Shown piece after piece: positions 11,901-19,579 of a DNA stretch of 64,000 nucleotides. Under the pieces are notes generated by a model that was given only the letters and a program-made list of their open reading frames with translations, had not been told where the DNA came from and did no database searches. The DNA comes from a virus. The translations under genes were made by a program, and so were the position numbers. Each line of letters opens with the position of its first letter. The stretch's first letter is position 1. The DNA lies in the IMG/VR virus record IMGVR_UViG_3300030061_003724, positions 17,319-81,318 of that record; one strand, 5' to 3'.

Positions 11901-12024
11901 TTATATAACTTTCTAATTTATCTATTAATACTAGTACTTCATCTGGTTCCATTGTAATGGCACAACAAACGTGTACATTTTCCTTTATGTCTTCTAATAT
12001 ACGAAGGGCTTCTTGCTTATCCAC
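11887..12024 (-). CDS. 45-aa peptide with a CC motif (absent from ORF track)
   Basis: GTG-start ORF MDKQEALRILEDIKENVHVCCAITMEPDEVLVLIDKLESYINEQS fills the queE-folE gap. Confidence 0.45.
   Translation of the reverse strand: MDKQEALRILEDIKENVHVCCAITMEPDEVLVLIDKLESYINEQS
11996..12024 (-). promoter_or_regulatory. Class-1 promoter candidate upstream of folE
   Basis: GTGG-N17-CGTATATT. Confidence 0.6.
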
Positions 12025-12809
12025 TATACTTCTCGTTTATCTTCAAAAGCAATAATATGTGGTCTCCAAGTCATTCTATAACCATTATCTCTAACCCAAT
12101 CAAATAATACTGGGTAGGACTTAAATAGTGCTTCTCTAGAATCACCTGCAGGCATAAACCATACTTTTTCAGGTTTAACTTCTAACTGAGCTATACAATC
12201 CATAATTTCAGCTAGTGCTCCTTTATCCTTACCATCCCAAACTGGTTTGATATGAAAATCCGAATGGTACGCTATTGATTGTTTTATAGCTGCATAATTA
12301 AGTCTTAATTTATTATGTTGTTTTACCATTTTTTCGTCTGTAACTTTTCCTTGAGGAGTAAGAGTACCAACAACGGGGACGCTATTACTAAACTTAGGAG
12401 AAATTGACAGAAGATTAATAGGATAATCAGTAGGAAGGAAATGTGATCCTTCAGTTTCCATAGTAATGAATATATTGTTTTCATGTGCAAAGTGGGTTAA
12501 CTCGTTAACCAAAGCAGCATGCATTGAAGGAGAACCTCCAGTCAACATCATTTCCTTTATATGAGGATTTTTCTCATACATGGCAATGATATCTTTAAAA
12601 TTAAAGTGACCTTTTTCTGGATGGATACTAGTGTACCAAGAATCACACCATCCACCTTCACCGAAATAACATCTGTGGGTGCATCCTGTTGTTCTAATTA
12701 CTACTGTTGGGTATCCTGCTCTTGATCCTTCTGATTGTACTGCAGTGTAGATTTCTACAATTGGGAGGTTTTTATCGTAATCCTCAATACGTTTCAGTTG
12801 CTTGTGCAT
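12024..12809 (-). CDS. queE: 7-carboxy-7-deazaguanine synthase (radical SAM)
   Basis: EIYTAVQSEG, RTTGCTHRC...WCDS, LTGGSP, METEG, SISPK. Confidence 0.92.
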   Translation of the reverse strand: MHKQLKRIEDYDKNLPIVEIYTAVQSEGSRAGYPTVVIRTTGCTHRCYFGEGGWCDSWYTSIHPEKGHFNFKDIIAMYEKNPHIKEMMLTGGSPSMHAALVNELTHFAHENNIFITMETEGSHFLPTDYPINLLSISPKFSNSVPVVGTLTPQGKVTDEKMVKQHNKLRLNYAAIKQSIAYHSDFHIKPVWDGKDKGALAEIMDCIAQLEVKPEKVWFMPAGDSREALFKSYPVLFDWVRDNGYRMTWRPHIIAFEDKREV

Positions 12810-12852
12810 ATTGTTAATTTTTTATAGTGGTTTTTCATTCACTGTTGTAACT

Positions 12853-13317
12853 TTATTCGCTGTAATAAGCAGCATTTTTTCCATGTTCTGCAAACTTAAC
12901 TTTGACAACTCTTACTCTATTGTCTGTTTCAGTTTTAACAAAATCATTTAATTTGTGATAAATATATTCAGCAAATTTCTCTGCGCCAGTAGCTGGGATA
13001 ACCCTTACTTGAGCTACTCCTGCTGTATCCATTTGTTTAAATGCTTCTAATTCTGGGTCATCTTCTGCCACAACTAAAGTGTGGTCAAACATATAATCCA
13101 TCCATGCTTTAGGAGACATACCATCAATTTGAGTTTTAGCTCTTTTCATTCCACCAAAATCCCAAACCCAATTTCTATGATCTAAATCTCCTTCAAAGTA
13201 TACTTTAAAAGAAACTCCATAACCATGAACAAATCTACAGTGTGTTGTTGTTGCTTTCCATTGACGAAACACTGTACTAAAACCGTCAAATACTTTACTT
13301 GATTGAAACTTACCCAT
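12853..13317 (-). CDS. queD: 6-carboxy-5,6,7,8-tetrahydropterin synthase
   Basis: HCRFVHGY, WVWDFGG, FDHT, AEKFA, terminal EH..NAA.Y; adjacent to queE. Confidence 0.9.
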   Translation of the reverse strand: MGKFQSSKVFDGFSTVFRQWKATTTHCRFVHGYGVSFKVYFEGDLDHRNWVWDFGGMKRAKTQIDGMSPKAWMDYMFDHTLVVAEDDPELEAFKQMDTAGVAQVRVIPATGAEKFAEYIYHKLNDFVKTETDNRVRVVKVKFAEHGKNAAYYSE

Positions 13318-13558
13318 TATACCAATTTAATATGTCTTCCCTTGACCTGTTACCTACTACTCTAGCTAATTCATTATTGTTTTGATCTACTTTAATTAAA
13401 GTTGGGACTGATCTAACTGAGTAATGACTTGCTTTTTCCATATCCTCATCAATATTTACTTTATGAATTGGAATATCTAAACTTAATTTGTCCATTACTG
13501 GTCCTAATGCTCTACAAGGACCACACCATGGAGCTGTAAAATAAATTATTTTATTCAT
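13310..13558 (-). CDS. Thioredoxin
   Basis: WCGPC active site, SVPT cis-Pro motif. Confidence 0.93.
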   Translation of the reverse strand: MNKIIYFTAPWCGPCRALGPVMDKLSLDIPIHKVNIDEDMEKASHYSVRSVPTLIKVDQNNNELARVVGNRSREDILNWYNG

Positions 13559-13576
13559 ATTTAATTTTTATTATAA

Positions 13577-13822
13577 TTATACTAATTCTTCTACTATACC
13601 TATAACCTCAGATAATATAAGAACTCCTACTGCTAACTCCAAGCTATATAACAAAAGTCCATAACCTGCTAATCTAACTCCTGATTTAACGAAACTAACT
13701 ATTTGGTGTTTCTTTTGATCAGGCATGTGTTCTAAATTTTTTCTATCTTTAATTATCCCATCCATATCTTTTATTTCTATCATTTCTTTTTTTGTCATTG
13801 GTGCTCTATATATCATATCCAT
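13577..13822 (-). CDS. Small membrane protein
   Basis: 81 aa with a hydrophobic C-terminal half. Confidence 0.6.
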   Translation of the reverse strand: MDMIYRAPMTKKEMIEIKDMDGIIKDRKNLEHMPDQKKHQIVSFVKSGVRLAGYGLLLYSLELAVGVLILSEVIGIVEELV

Positions 13823-14196
13823 TTATTTTTTTTAAAGTAAGTCCACATCCCTACTACTGTACCTACAGTTAAAACTGCAAATATCCAAAATCCATGATCG
13901 TCTGATATTAAAGGAACATCATCAAAATTCATTCCCCAAAGTCCAGTATAAAAAGATAATGGTAAAAATATTGTAGACCATATTGTTAATAAATTTAACC
14001 TACGATTCATAAGATCATTATGTCTTTTTTCAATCATAGATTCTAACACTTCAAATATTTCTATTAAATCTAAGTGTTCGCCTTTTAATAATTCTCTTTT
14101 TAAATTATAAAAATCGTTTGTGTCGTAGCTTTTATTTTCAAATATTACAATTTCGTAATATTGTAAAGCTTTTTTTAATTGTTCTTTTCTTGCCAT
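13813..14196 (-). CDS. Minimal CorA-family Mg2+ channel (TM domain and short stalk)
   Basis: N..MNRRLNLLTIWSTIFLPLSFYTGLWGMNF (GMN signature), second TM, basic KKNKW tail; about 127 aa. Confidence 0.8.
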   Translation of the reverse strand: MARKEQLKKALQYYEIVIFENKSYDTNDFYNLKRELLKGEHLDLIEIFEVLESMIEKRHNDLMNRRLNLLTIWSTIFLPLSFYTGLWGMNFDDVPLISDDHGFWIFAVLTVGTVVGMWTYFKKNKWI

Positions 14197-14387
14197 AAGT
14201 CTAATGTCCAAAGTAATGATTCAATAAAATATAAAACTCCAACTAACATCATTCCATAATGTGTCCATTCACCACTATGACCATAAGTAAAGTCTTGGTA
14301 AATAGAAGGAATAGCAGAGCCCATAATTGAAACACTAAATAATAGTTTTACATATTTATTTTCTAAAAATTTTCTCATTTGCAGCAT
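14175..14387 (-). CDS. Small two-TM membrane protein
   Basis: Two hydrophobic segments; overlaps both neighbours. Confidence 0.6.
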   Translation of the reverse strand: MLQMRKFLENKYVKLLFSVSIMGSAIPSIYQDFTYGHSGEWTHYGMMLVGVLYFIESLLWTLDLWQEKNN

Positions 14388-15052
14388 TCTTTTGTTGATC
14401 TAATTTCTGGTACTGGATTTAATATTTTAACATTATAATTAATTACTAACCTATAATCGTTAACTGTAGGAGGACATCCTGCATGTAAATAATCTTGTTT
14501 AAACATTATAATAGTACCTTTTTTAGGAGTAATTGATTTTCTAATTTCTAATTCTTTTCCTAAAGTCAGATAATTAATACCTTTATTTTTAAATATAATT
14601 GTATCACCATCCGAGTCATCAATATAATAAAGAAGAGTCCAACCTCCAAGCCCTTCAAAATCACAGTGCGGAATAAAACAAGTATCTTTATTCTCAGGAA
14701 GATCTTTATAATTGAAATTTGATTTAATTTTCATTAATTCATATTCCATATTAAAGTTTTTAGCTAAACTATTTAAAGGTGAAAGTATTAAGTCACTCCA
14801 TACTTCTTTTTTATAATTCCAAACTCCTTCTTCATAGAAAACACTTTGAAATATACCAGGTCTTAATTGTACTTTTTTTCCTGGTATCTTAATAGAATCA
14901 ATATCAATAGGATTTTTAATCATATTAGCTTGTGGTTTTCTTGTAGCCGCAAACTCATACTTTACTTTTCCTAAATGATCATTTAAGATATTTTCCTGTA
15001 TCTCTGGAGATACTATATTGGGAAATACATAAACTAAATCGTTTAAAACCAT
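14375..15052 (-). CDS. 2OG-Fe(II) oxygenase
   Basis: PHCD, LLYYIDDSDGDT, PKKG..I.F....HAG, R.VINYN. Confidence 0.8.
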   Translation of the reverse strand: MVLNDLVYVFPNIVSPEIQENILNDHLGKVKYEFAATRKPQANMIKNPIDIDSIKIPGKKVQLRPGIFQSVFYEEGVWNYKKEVWSDLILSPLNSLAKNFNMEYELMKIKSNFNYKDLPENKDTCFIPHCDFEGLGGWTLLYYIDDSDGDTIIFKNKGINYLTLGKELEIRKSITPKKGTIIMFKQDYLHAGCPPTVNDYRLVINYNVKILNPVPEIRSTKECCK

Positions 15053-15068
15053 ACTCTATTTTAATTTG

Positions 15069-15210
15069 TTGCCCAGGCAGGACTCGAACCTGCGACCTCT
15101 TTGACCTCTTTGCTTTTCACGATCGATTGTATTACAAGTTTCCCTTCACGTTAAAGTTCAACTTCGCGCCGAGTTAAGCCAAAGCGAGCTACCTACTGCT
15201 CTACTGGGTA
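15069..15210 (-). ncRNA. tRNA-like RNA with a ~70-nt insertion in the anticodon loop
   Basis: Acceptor TACCCAG/CTGGGCA (one mismatch), D arm GAGC/GCTC, stem CTTTG/CAAAG, variable AGGTC, T arm GCAGG-TTCGAGT-CCTGC; loop expanded to ~76 nt. Confidence 0.75.
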
Positions 15211-15218
15211 TATTTTTG

Positions 15219-15291
15219 TTGTCCCGCCAGGTTTCGAACCTGGACTCTTCTGAACCAAAATCAGACGTGTTACCAGTTACACCACAGGACA
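15219..15291 (-). tRNA. tRNA-Gln(UUG)
   Basis: Cloverleaf: acceptor TGTCCTG/CGGGACA, anticodon arm TCTGA-TTTTGGT-TCAGA, T arm CCAGG-TTCGAAA-CCTGG; CCA not encoded. Confidence 0.92.
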
Positions 15292-15296
15292 TTTAG

Positions 15297-15370
15297 TGGA
15301 GGATATCGGAGTCGAACCGATGACCTCTTGAATGCAAATCAAGTGCTCTAGCCAGCTGAGCTAATCCCCC
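15297..15370 (-). tRNA. tRNA-Ala(UGC)
   Basis: Acceptor GGGGGAT/ATCCTCC with G3:U70, anticodon arm CTTGA-TTTGCAT-TCAAG, T loop TTCGACT; CCA not encoded. Confidence 0.95.
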
Positions 15371-15376
15371 TACCTT

Positions 15377-16171
15377 TTAAGCTGCGTATTCAGCAAGCAA
15401 TTTCTCTACGTGAGATTTTGCTACTTCGTAATCAACTTCTCCAGTTTCATCCTCATACTGTACAGGATCTTTTCTCCCCAGAGCAATAAAAGCCTCAATC
15501 CTCTCAACACTAGAAGCAGACTTATAATCACTATTTCCTGAAGGATATGGTTTATAAGAAGTATTTGTTCTCTTATAAACTTCATCAAATTCAATACCCA
15601 ACGTATCAACCAAACTCTCTCCATCCTTTAAAATTCCTAATTTATCTGTGTCAATATAAGGTATAAAAAATCCTACTTTATCAGCATCCCAATTACCAAT
15701 TTTGAAAGCTTCATAATCAGCATCTCTAAATTCTTGTCTACAATCAGGATAGATAGCATGATCACCAGCATGGATACCTAAAGCAATATCACATTCATCT
15801 CCTGTTTTTTTAGATACAGATAATGCTACTGCTTGAGTTAATGAAGAGAAAATTTTATTTCTATTAGGTACAACTGTTGCTACCATATTTTCTTCTTCAT
15901 AATGACCTTCTGGTACATCTTCTCCACCTTCTACAAGGTTAGAATCTAGTAGGTTTACTAAACCATCTAATTTAATTACTTGATAAGTAACATTCTGACC
16001 ATTAGCATTTAAATAATCTACTAATGATTGTGCTCTTTCAAGTTCCACTCTATGCTTCTGACCGTAATCAAAAGATAAAGCTGTTACATTGTCATACTCA
16101 GATAAACATCTAAGTAGTAAAGTTGAGGAGTCCATCCCTCCAGATAAGGACACTACGACATTTTTTGCCAT
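15377..16171 (-). CDS. queC: 7-cyano-7-deazaguanine (preQ0) synthase
   Basis: SGGMDS PP-loop, FDYGQKH, VPNRN, YPDCR; C-terminal Zn-binding cysteines absent. Confidence 0.93.
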   Translation of the reverse strand: MAKNVVVSLSGGMDSSTLLLRCLSEYDNVTALSFDYGQKHRVELERAQSLVDYLNANGQNVTYQVIKLDGLVNLLDSNLVEGGEDVPEGHYEEENMVATVVPNRNKIFSSLTQAVALSVSKKTGDECDIALGIHAGDHAIYPDCRQEFRDADYEAFKIGNWDADKVGFFIPYIDTDKLGILKDGESLVDTLGIEFDEVYKRTNTSYKPYPSGNSDYKSASSVERIEAFIALGRKDPVQYEDETGEVDYEVAKSHVEKLLAEYAA

Positions 16172-16377
16172 GATTTAAAATAATTAATTAAATTTTGCCA
16201 GGTATTATTAAGCGTATAGGCAAACGCTGACTTTAAATGTTTGAATTTACATTTAAGATAAGATATAGTATAATGATAAATAGCTACTAATCCAAACCCT
16301 CCTGTAAGAAGAGTCCAAATGTTTGGATGCCAGTGCTCTCCACAAAATCCTAATGCATGTTTTATTATTTCTGCCAT
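16153..16377 (-). CDS. Small hypothetical membrane protein
   Basis: 74 aa; H..G.CGEH.HP motif followed by a TM segment. Confidence 0.55.
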   Translation of the reverse strand: MAEIIKHALGFCGEHWHPNIWTLLTGGFGLVAIYHYTISYLKCKFKHLKSAFAYTLNNTWQNLINYFKSWQKMS

Positions 16378-16378
16378 A

Positions 16379-16576
16379 TTATTCGTTTTCTTTAAATTCT
16401 ACGTCACCGTAATCATCAATCGGTTTATCTCTTACCAGGTCCCAATCTGCATCATCTATAATTTCTTGTTGAAGGTCTTCATCACCTGTTTTCCACTTTG
16501 CTAATTCTTCTTCTGTTAAGATATATTCTTCCCATCTGAAGTTGCAATAATTTACTGTTCTTGTTAATTTAGCCAT
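16379..16576 (-). CDS. Hypothetical acidic protein
   Basis: 65-aa ORF overlapping the dpdA-like stop. Confidence 0.6.
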   Translation of the reverse strand: MAKLTRTVNYCNFRWEEYILTEEELAKWKTGDEDLQQEIIDDADWDLVRDKPIDDYGDVEFKENE

Positions 16577-17381
16577 AATGTTCTATTTTTGGTATTCCGT
16601 TAATTTCTCTAAATAATGTTGTATTATGTATTATTAATTGGTAATCAATATCTGTGAATTTCATATCAAAATGATCATTCATATTTGCTTTAGGTTTTTC
16701 AGTTAAGCCTCTTTCAGTATACATTGTTCCTTCTAAAGCAGCCATTACTGGATTTGATGTATCAATTGAGTCAATAAATTTAAACCCTTTATACCATCCA
16801 AATTCCTGAGGTACAGCACATCCTAATAAATGAATTTTATCATAATCACCTAATCCTTCTTCTACAACTAGATCACTGATAAACTTTAATCTACCTAATG
16901 CTTTACCTAAATCTTTATTAGCATGAGGGAAATGATCATTATACCAAGTAGCACCATAAGATATAGCTATTTTTTCATAACCTAATTCTTTTAATGCTCT
17001 ATAACTTTTCCAAGCATCAACATAATCTTTTCCTTGTACTACAGCTACTCTAGTACAATCTTCAGGCATTCTAATTCCTTTCCAATACTTAGCATATACT
17101 TGAGTTTGAGTATAATCCATCCATTCATCTGGAACTATAAATTCATTAGGACATAATTCATGTAACCAGTACATTAATCTTTTCCAATCATATGCTTCTC
17201 CTAATTCATGGAGCGAGTTATCCATAACAATATATCTTCCTGCTTTTTTAGCGTCAAAAAAATATTGTTTGTATTCTTCATCCTGATCTAATAAATGAGG
17301 TAGACAATAGTCATAGTCATTGAATTCAGGGGATGCTGTTAGTAAACAGCGAGGTACTTCGTGACTTACTTTCATAACCAT
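16569..17381 (-). CDS. TGT-fold guanine transglycosylase-like protein (DpdA-like)
   Basis: IVMDNS, IVPD, AVVQG, IHLLG, DSIDTS in TGT/DpdA order; heads the queC/D/E-folE cluster. Confidence 0.75.
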   Translation of the reverse strand: MVMKVSHEVPRCLLTASPEFNDYDYCLPHLLDQDEEYKQYFFDAKKAGRYIVMDNSLHELGEAYDWKRLMYWLHELCPNEFIVPDEWMDYTQTQVYAKYWKGIRMPEDCTRVAVVQGKDYVDAWKSYRALKELGYEKIAISYGATWYNDHFPHANKDLGKALGRLKFISDLVVEEGLGDYDKIHLLGCAVPQEFGWYKGFKFIDSIDTSNPVMAALEGTMYTERGLTEKPKANMNDHFDMKFTDIDYQLIIHNTTLFREINGIPKIEHYG

Positions 17382-17410
17382 ATTATATGAACCTTTATTT
17401 GTTTTTCCAA
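17382..17410 (-). promoter_or_regulatory. Variant class-1 promoter upstream of the dpdA-like gene
   Basis: TTGG-N17-CATATAAT. Confidence 0.45.
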
Positions 17411-17416
17411 ATTATC

Positions 17417-17554
17417 TTAAATAGTTCTGAATCTTCTTCTACCGTTCCAAGTCATTCTTTTTCCTTGGCCCATGTATTTTTTAAGATCAGTTCTATCGTT
17501 AAACTCATTTCTTATTGCGTTTAACTGTGTGTTACCGTTATCTTGTTTTACCAT
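17417..17554 (-). CDS. 45-aa basic peptide (absent from ORF track)
   Basis: MVKQDNGNTQLNAIRNEFNDRTDLKKYMGQGKRMTWNGRRRFRTI; overlaps the upstream stop. Confidence 0.5.
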   Translation of the reverse strand: MVKQDNGNTQLNAIRNEFNDRTDLKKYMGQGKRMTWNGRRRFRTI

Positions 17555-18057
17555 TGTTTTGCCGGTCGCCCTCTGCGACTTTTTATATAAATTTTGTTAT
17601 ACTTCTCTTCGATTTGGTAATATAAATCCAATATCGTACCCATACATATATCGATCTCCTGATATATTTCATCTTTCGTTATACGAAAGTTTTTAGTGAA
17701 TGCTATTATAAGATCATTTAATTTTCCATTCTCATCTTTTTCATGGTCTTCCCATAACCTTTTTCTCCTTGCACTTAGTAATTTAGATTTTTCTAAATAC
17801 TTTTGCAAATCTGGTTTGCATTCTTCATAAATATCATTCAACATATGTTCGCACAATTGTGCTTGTAAAGAATAAGGACCTTGATCATAATCCCCATTCA
17901 TAATCTTATCCCTAAAATCAGATTTATTTGGTAATGGTTTGTTTTTTGCTTCATACCATCTCCACCATCTAAACTGATTATAATTCAATTTCTGAAATTC
18001 AGTTAAACGCTTCTCAATAAATTTTCTACTATGAGGTACTTTAAACATATTATCCAC
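17548..18057 (-). CDS. Hypothetical protein
   Basis: 169-aa helical, basic ORF ending in an AT-hook-like RRGRP. Confidence 0.7.
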   Translation of the reverse strand: MDNMFKVPHSRKFIEKRLTEFQKLNYNQFRWWRWYEAKNKPLPNKSDFRDKIMNGDYDQGPYSLQAQLCEHMLNDIYEECKPDLQKYLEKSKLLSARRKRLWEDHEKDENGKLNDLIIAFTKNFRITKDEIYQEIDICMGTILDLYYQIEEKYNKIYIKSRRGRPAKQW

Positions 18058-18172
18058 AAGGGCAAAAAACCCATAAACTAAAATATAACATATAAAATAC
18101 TAAAGCGATAAACAGAAATCCAGTAATTGCATCGATTTCTTGTTTGAATTTGTTTCTAAACTTTTTAAACAT
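18050..18172 (-). CDS. 40-aa single-TM peptide (absent from ORF track)
   Basis: MFKKFRNKFKQEIDAITGFLFIALVFYMLYFSLWVFCPCG; AAAAGTT-ATG leader. Confidence 0.55.
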   Translation of the reverse strand: MFKKFRNKFKQEIDAITGFLFIALVFYMLYFSLWVFCPCG

Positions 18173-18177
18173 AACTT

Positions 18178-18345
18178 TTATTTATTATTTTTTTCCCAAT
18201 GTTCTCTAAACATATTCATCAAAGGACCCATATCACCAGGTTCACCTTCAGCCCAAATATCACATTTAGACATAGCTTCACCTATGTTCATTTCTTCTCC
18301 TTTTGATTTTTTGTCTAATAAGAATTTTAATATTGGATTTGACAT
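18178..18345 (-). CDS. 55-aa peptide (absent from ORF track)
   Basis: MSNPILKFLLDKK...HWEKNNK; AAAAGTT-ATG leader immediately after a promoter motif. Confidence 0.55.
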   Translation of the reverse strand: MSNPILKFLLDKKSKGEEMNIGEAMSKCDIWAEGEPGDMGPLMNMFREHWEKNNK

Positions 18346-18370
18346 AACTTTTATTTTTATTTACCTTGTA

Positions 18371-18399
18371 AATATACGACCCTTATTCCGGTTCTCCAA
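18371..18399 (-). promoter_or_regulatory. Class-1 promoter candidate
   Basis: Perfect TTGG-N17-CGTATATT in an intergenic gap. Confidence 0.75.
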
Positions 18400-18406
18400 A
18401 TTTTTT

Positions 18407-19567
18407 CTAATAAGTTTTTGTAGTATCGTCTTCTCCGTCTATTTCTTTTAATGCCTTTTCTATTCTTTCATCTACATTATCAATATTACCATTCCAACCA
18501 CCTTTATCTGTAAGTAGTTCTTTTAATATTTCTTTTTTCTTTTCAAGTTTATCATAATGTTCTCCATCATTTCCATTTTGACCTATAATATCCATTCTTT
18601 TTTCATCTTCTTCTGTATAAGAAGGTGGGAATCCTCTTGCTTCAGGAGGTAATTCATTTTCTTCTTCAGGAATATCATGTAAAAGAGTTTCTTCTGCTTC
18701 ACTTAAAGGTTTAACTTCAACATCTTCTCCATATAAATTTTCTCTATATTTTCTTTTAGGGTAAGCTTTATCAAAGGCAAAGTTAGCTGCTACTACTAAA
18801 GAAATAGCTAAAGGATCAAACACAAAAATTATAATAAGTAGCAGTATATTTATGATTTTATCCATTGGAGTACCGGTCAAACCCGATAAATACTGCAGTG
18901 GTCCTAATTCAGCAGATACTTCGTTGTTGCTTTGAAGTTCCAATATTTTTAACTGGTATTTTTGAAGCGAGTCTGCCGCAACTTCTCGTTTAGCATAGAC
19001 ATTTTTTCTATTTTCTTCTTCAACTTCAATACGTTTTTGTGATAATCTTAATTCTGTAGTTGAAATAGTTTGTCTAAAACCAGTAGCTGAGGCAGTGTCT
19101 CTTACTTGGATACTCGAAGCTTTTGAATTAGATAAAACGGATATATTCTCCGATATTCTTTTAAGCTCAGTATCAAATCTTGCCACATCTTCTTCATAAA
19201 ATACTTTTTTGTTTTCTAAAAATTTAATTTCATTTTCAGCTATACTTAATTTACTGTATGTGTCTTGATAAGCAGCACTTAAAAAGCCATAGATACCCAT
19301 ACTAGTAATTAATACTAATATTACAGTAGCTACAGTAAGATAAGTTCTTAGCGTTTTATTAATTGAATCCCAATATTGGTATAATAGAGAGGCAGTTACT
19401 AATTTAGCAAATTCTAAAGAACCAGCCATTATAATAACTTGAAATTGTGCCCCTGCAAATAACTTACTTAAACCATAAACCGAATAGAATGCCGCTGACG
19501 CACTTACTGACAAGGCAGAAAATGCGATAAGAAACGGAAACATTCCTTTTTTTACATTTTTCAACAT
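18407..19567 (-). CDS. Membrane protein with coiled coil, function unknown
   Basis: Three N-terminal TM segments, long coiled coil, fourth TM (IIFVFDPLA), acidic tail. Confidence 0.75.
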   Translation of the reverse strand: MLKNVKKGMFPFLIAFSALSVSASAAFYSVYGLSKLFAGAQFQVIIMAGSLEFAKLVTASLLYQYWDSINKTLRTYLTVATVILVLITSMGIYGFLSAAYQDTYSKLSIAENEIKFLENKKVFYEEDVARFDTELKRISENISVLSNSKASSIQVRDTASATGFRQTISTTELRLSQKRIEVEEENRKNVYAKREVAADSLQKYQLKILELQSNNEVSAELGPLQYLSGLTGTPMDKIINILLLIIIFVFDPLAISLVVAANFAFDKAYPKRKYRENLYGEDVEVKPLSEAEETLLHDIPEEENELPPEARGFPPSYTEEDEKRMDIIGQNGNDGEHYDKLEKKKEILKELLTDKGGWNGNIDNVDERIEKALKEIDGEDDTTKTY

Positions 19568-19579
19568 ACTGTTTAGTTT

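Noticed and set aside
15069-15210. tmRNA, or an ochre-suppressor tRNA implying a recoded genome
   Set aside because: No G3:U70 alanine identity, a full D arm is present, and it is too short for tmRNA; TAA, TAG and TGA all end conserved genes at expected positions, so there is no sign of recoding
15421-15624. 67-aa alternative-frame ORF inside queC
   Set aside because: Nested, short and without motifs
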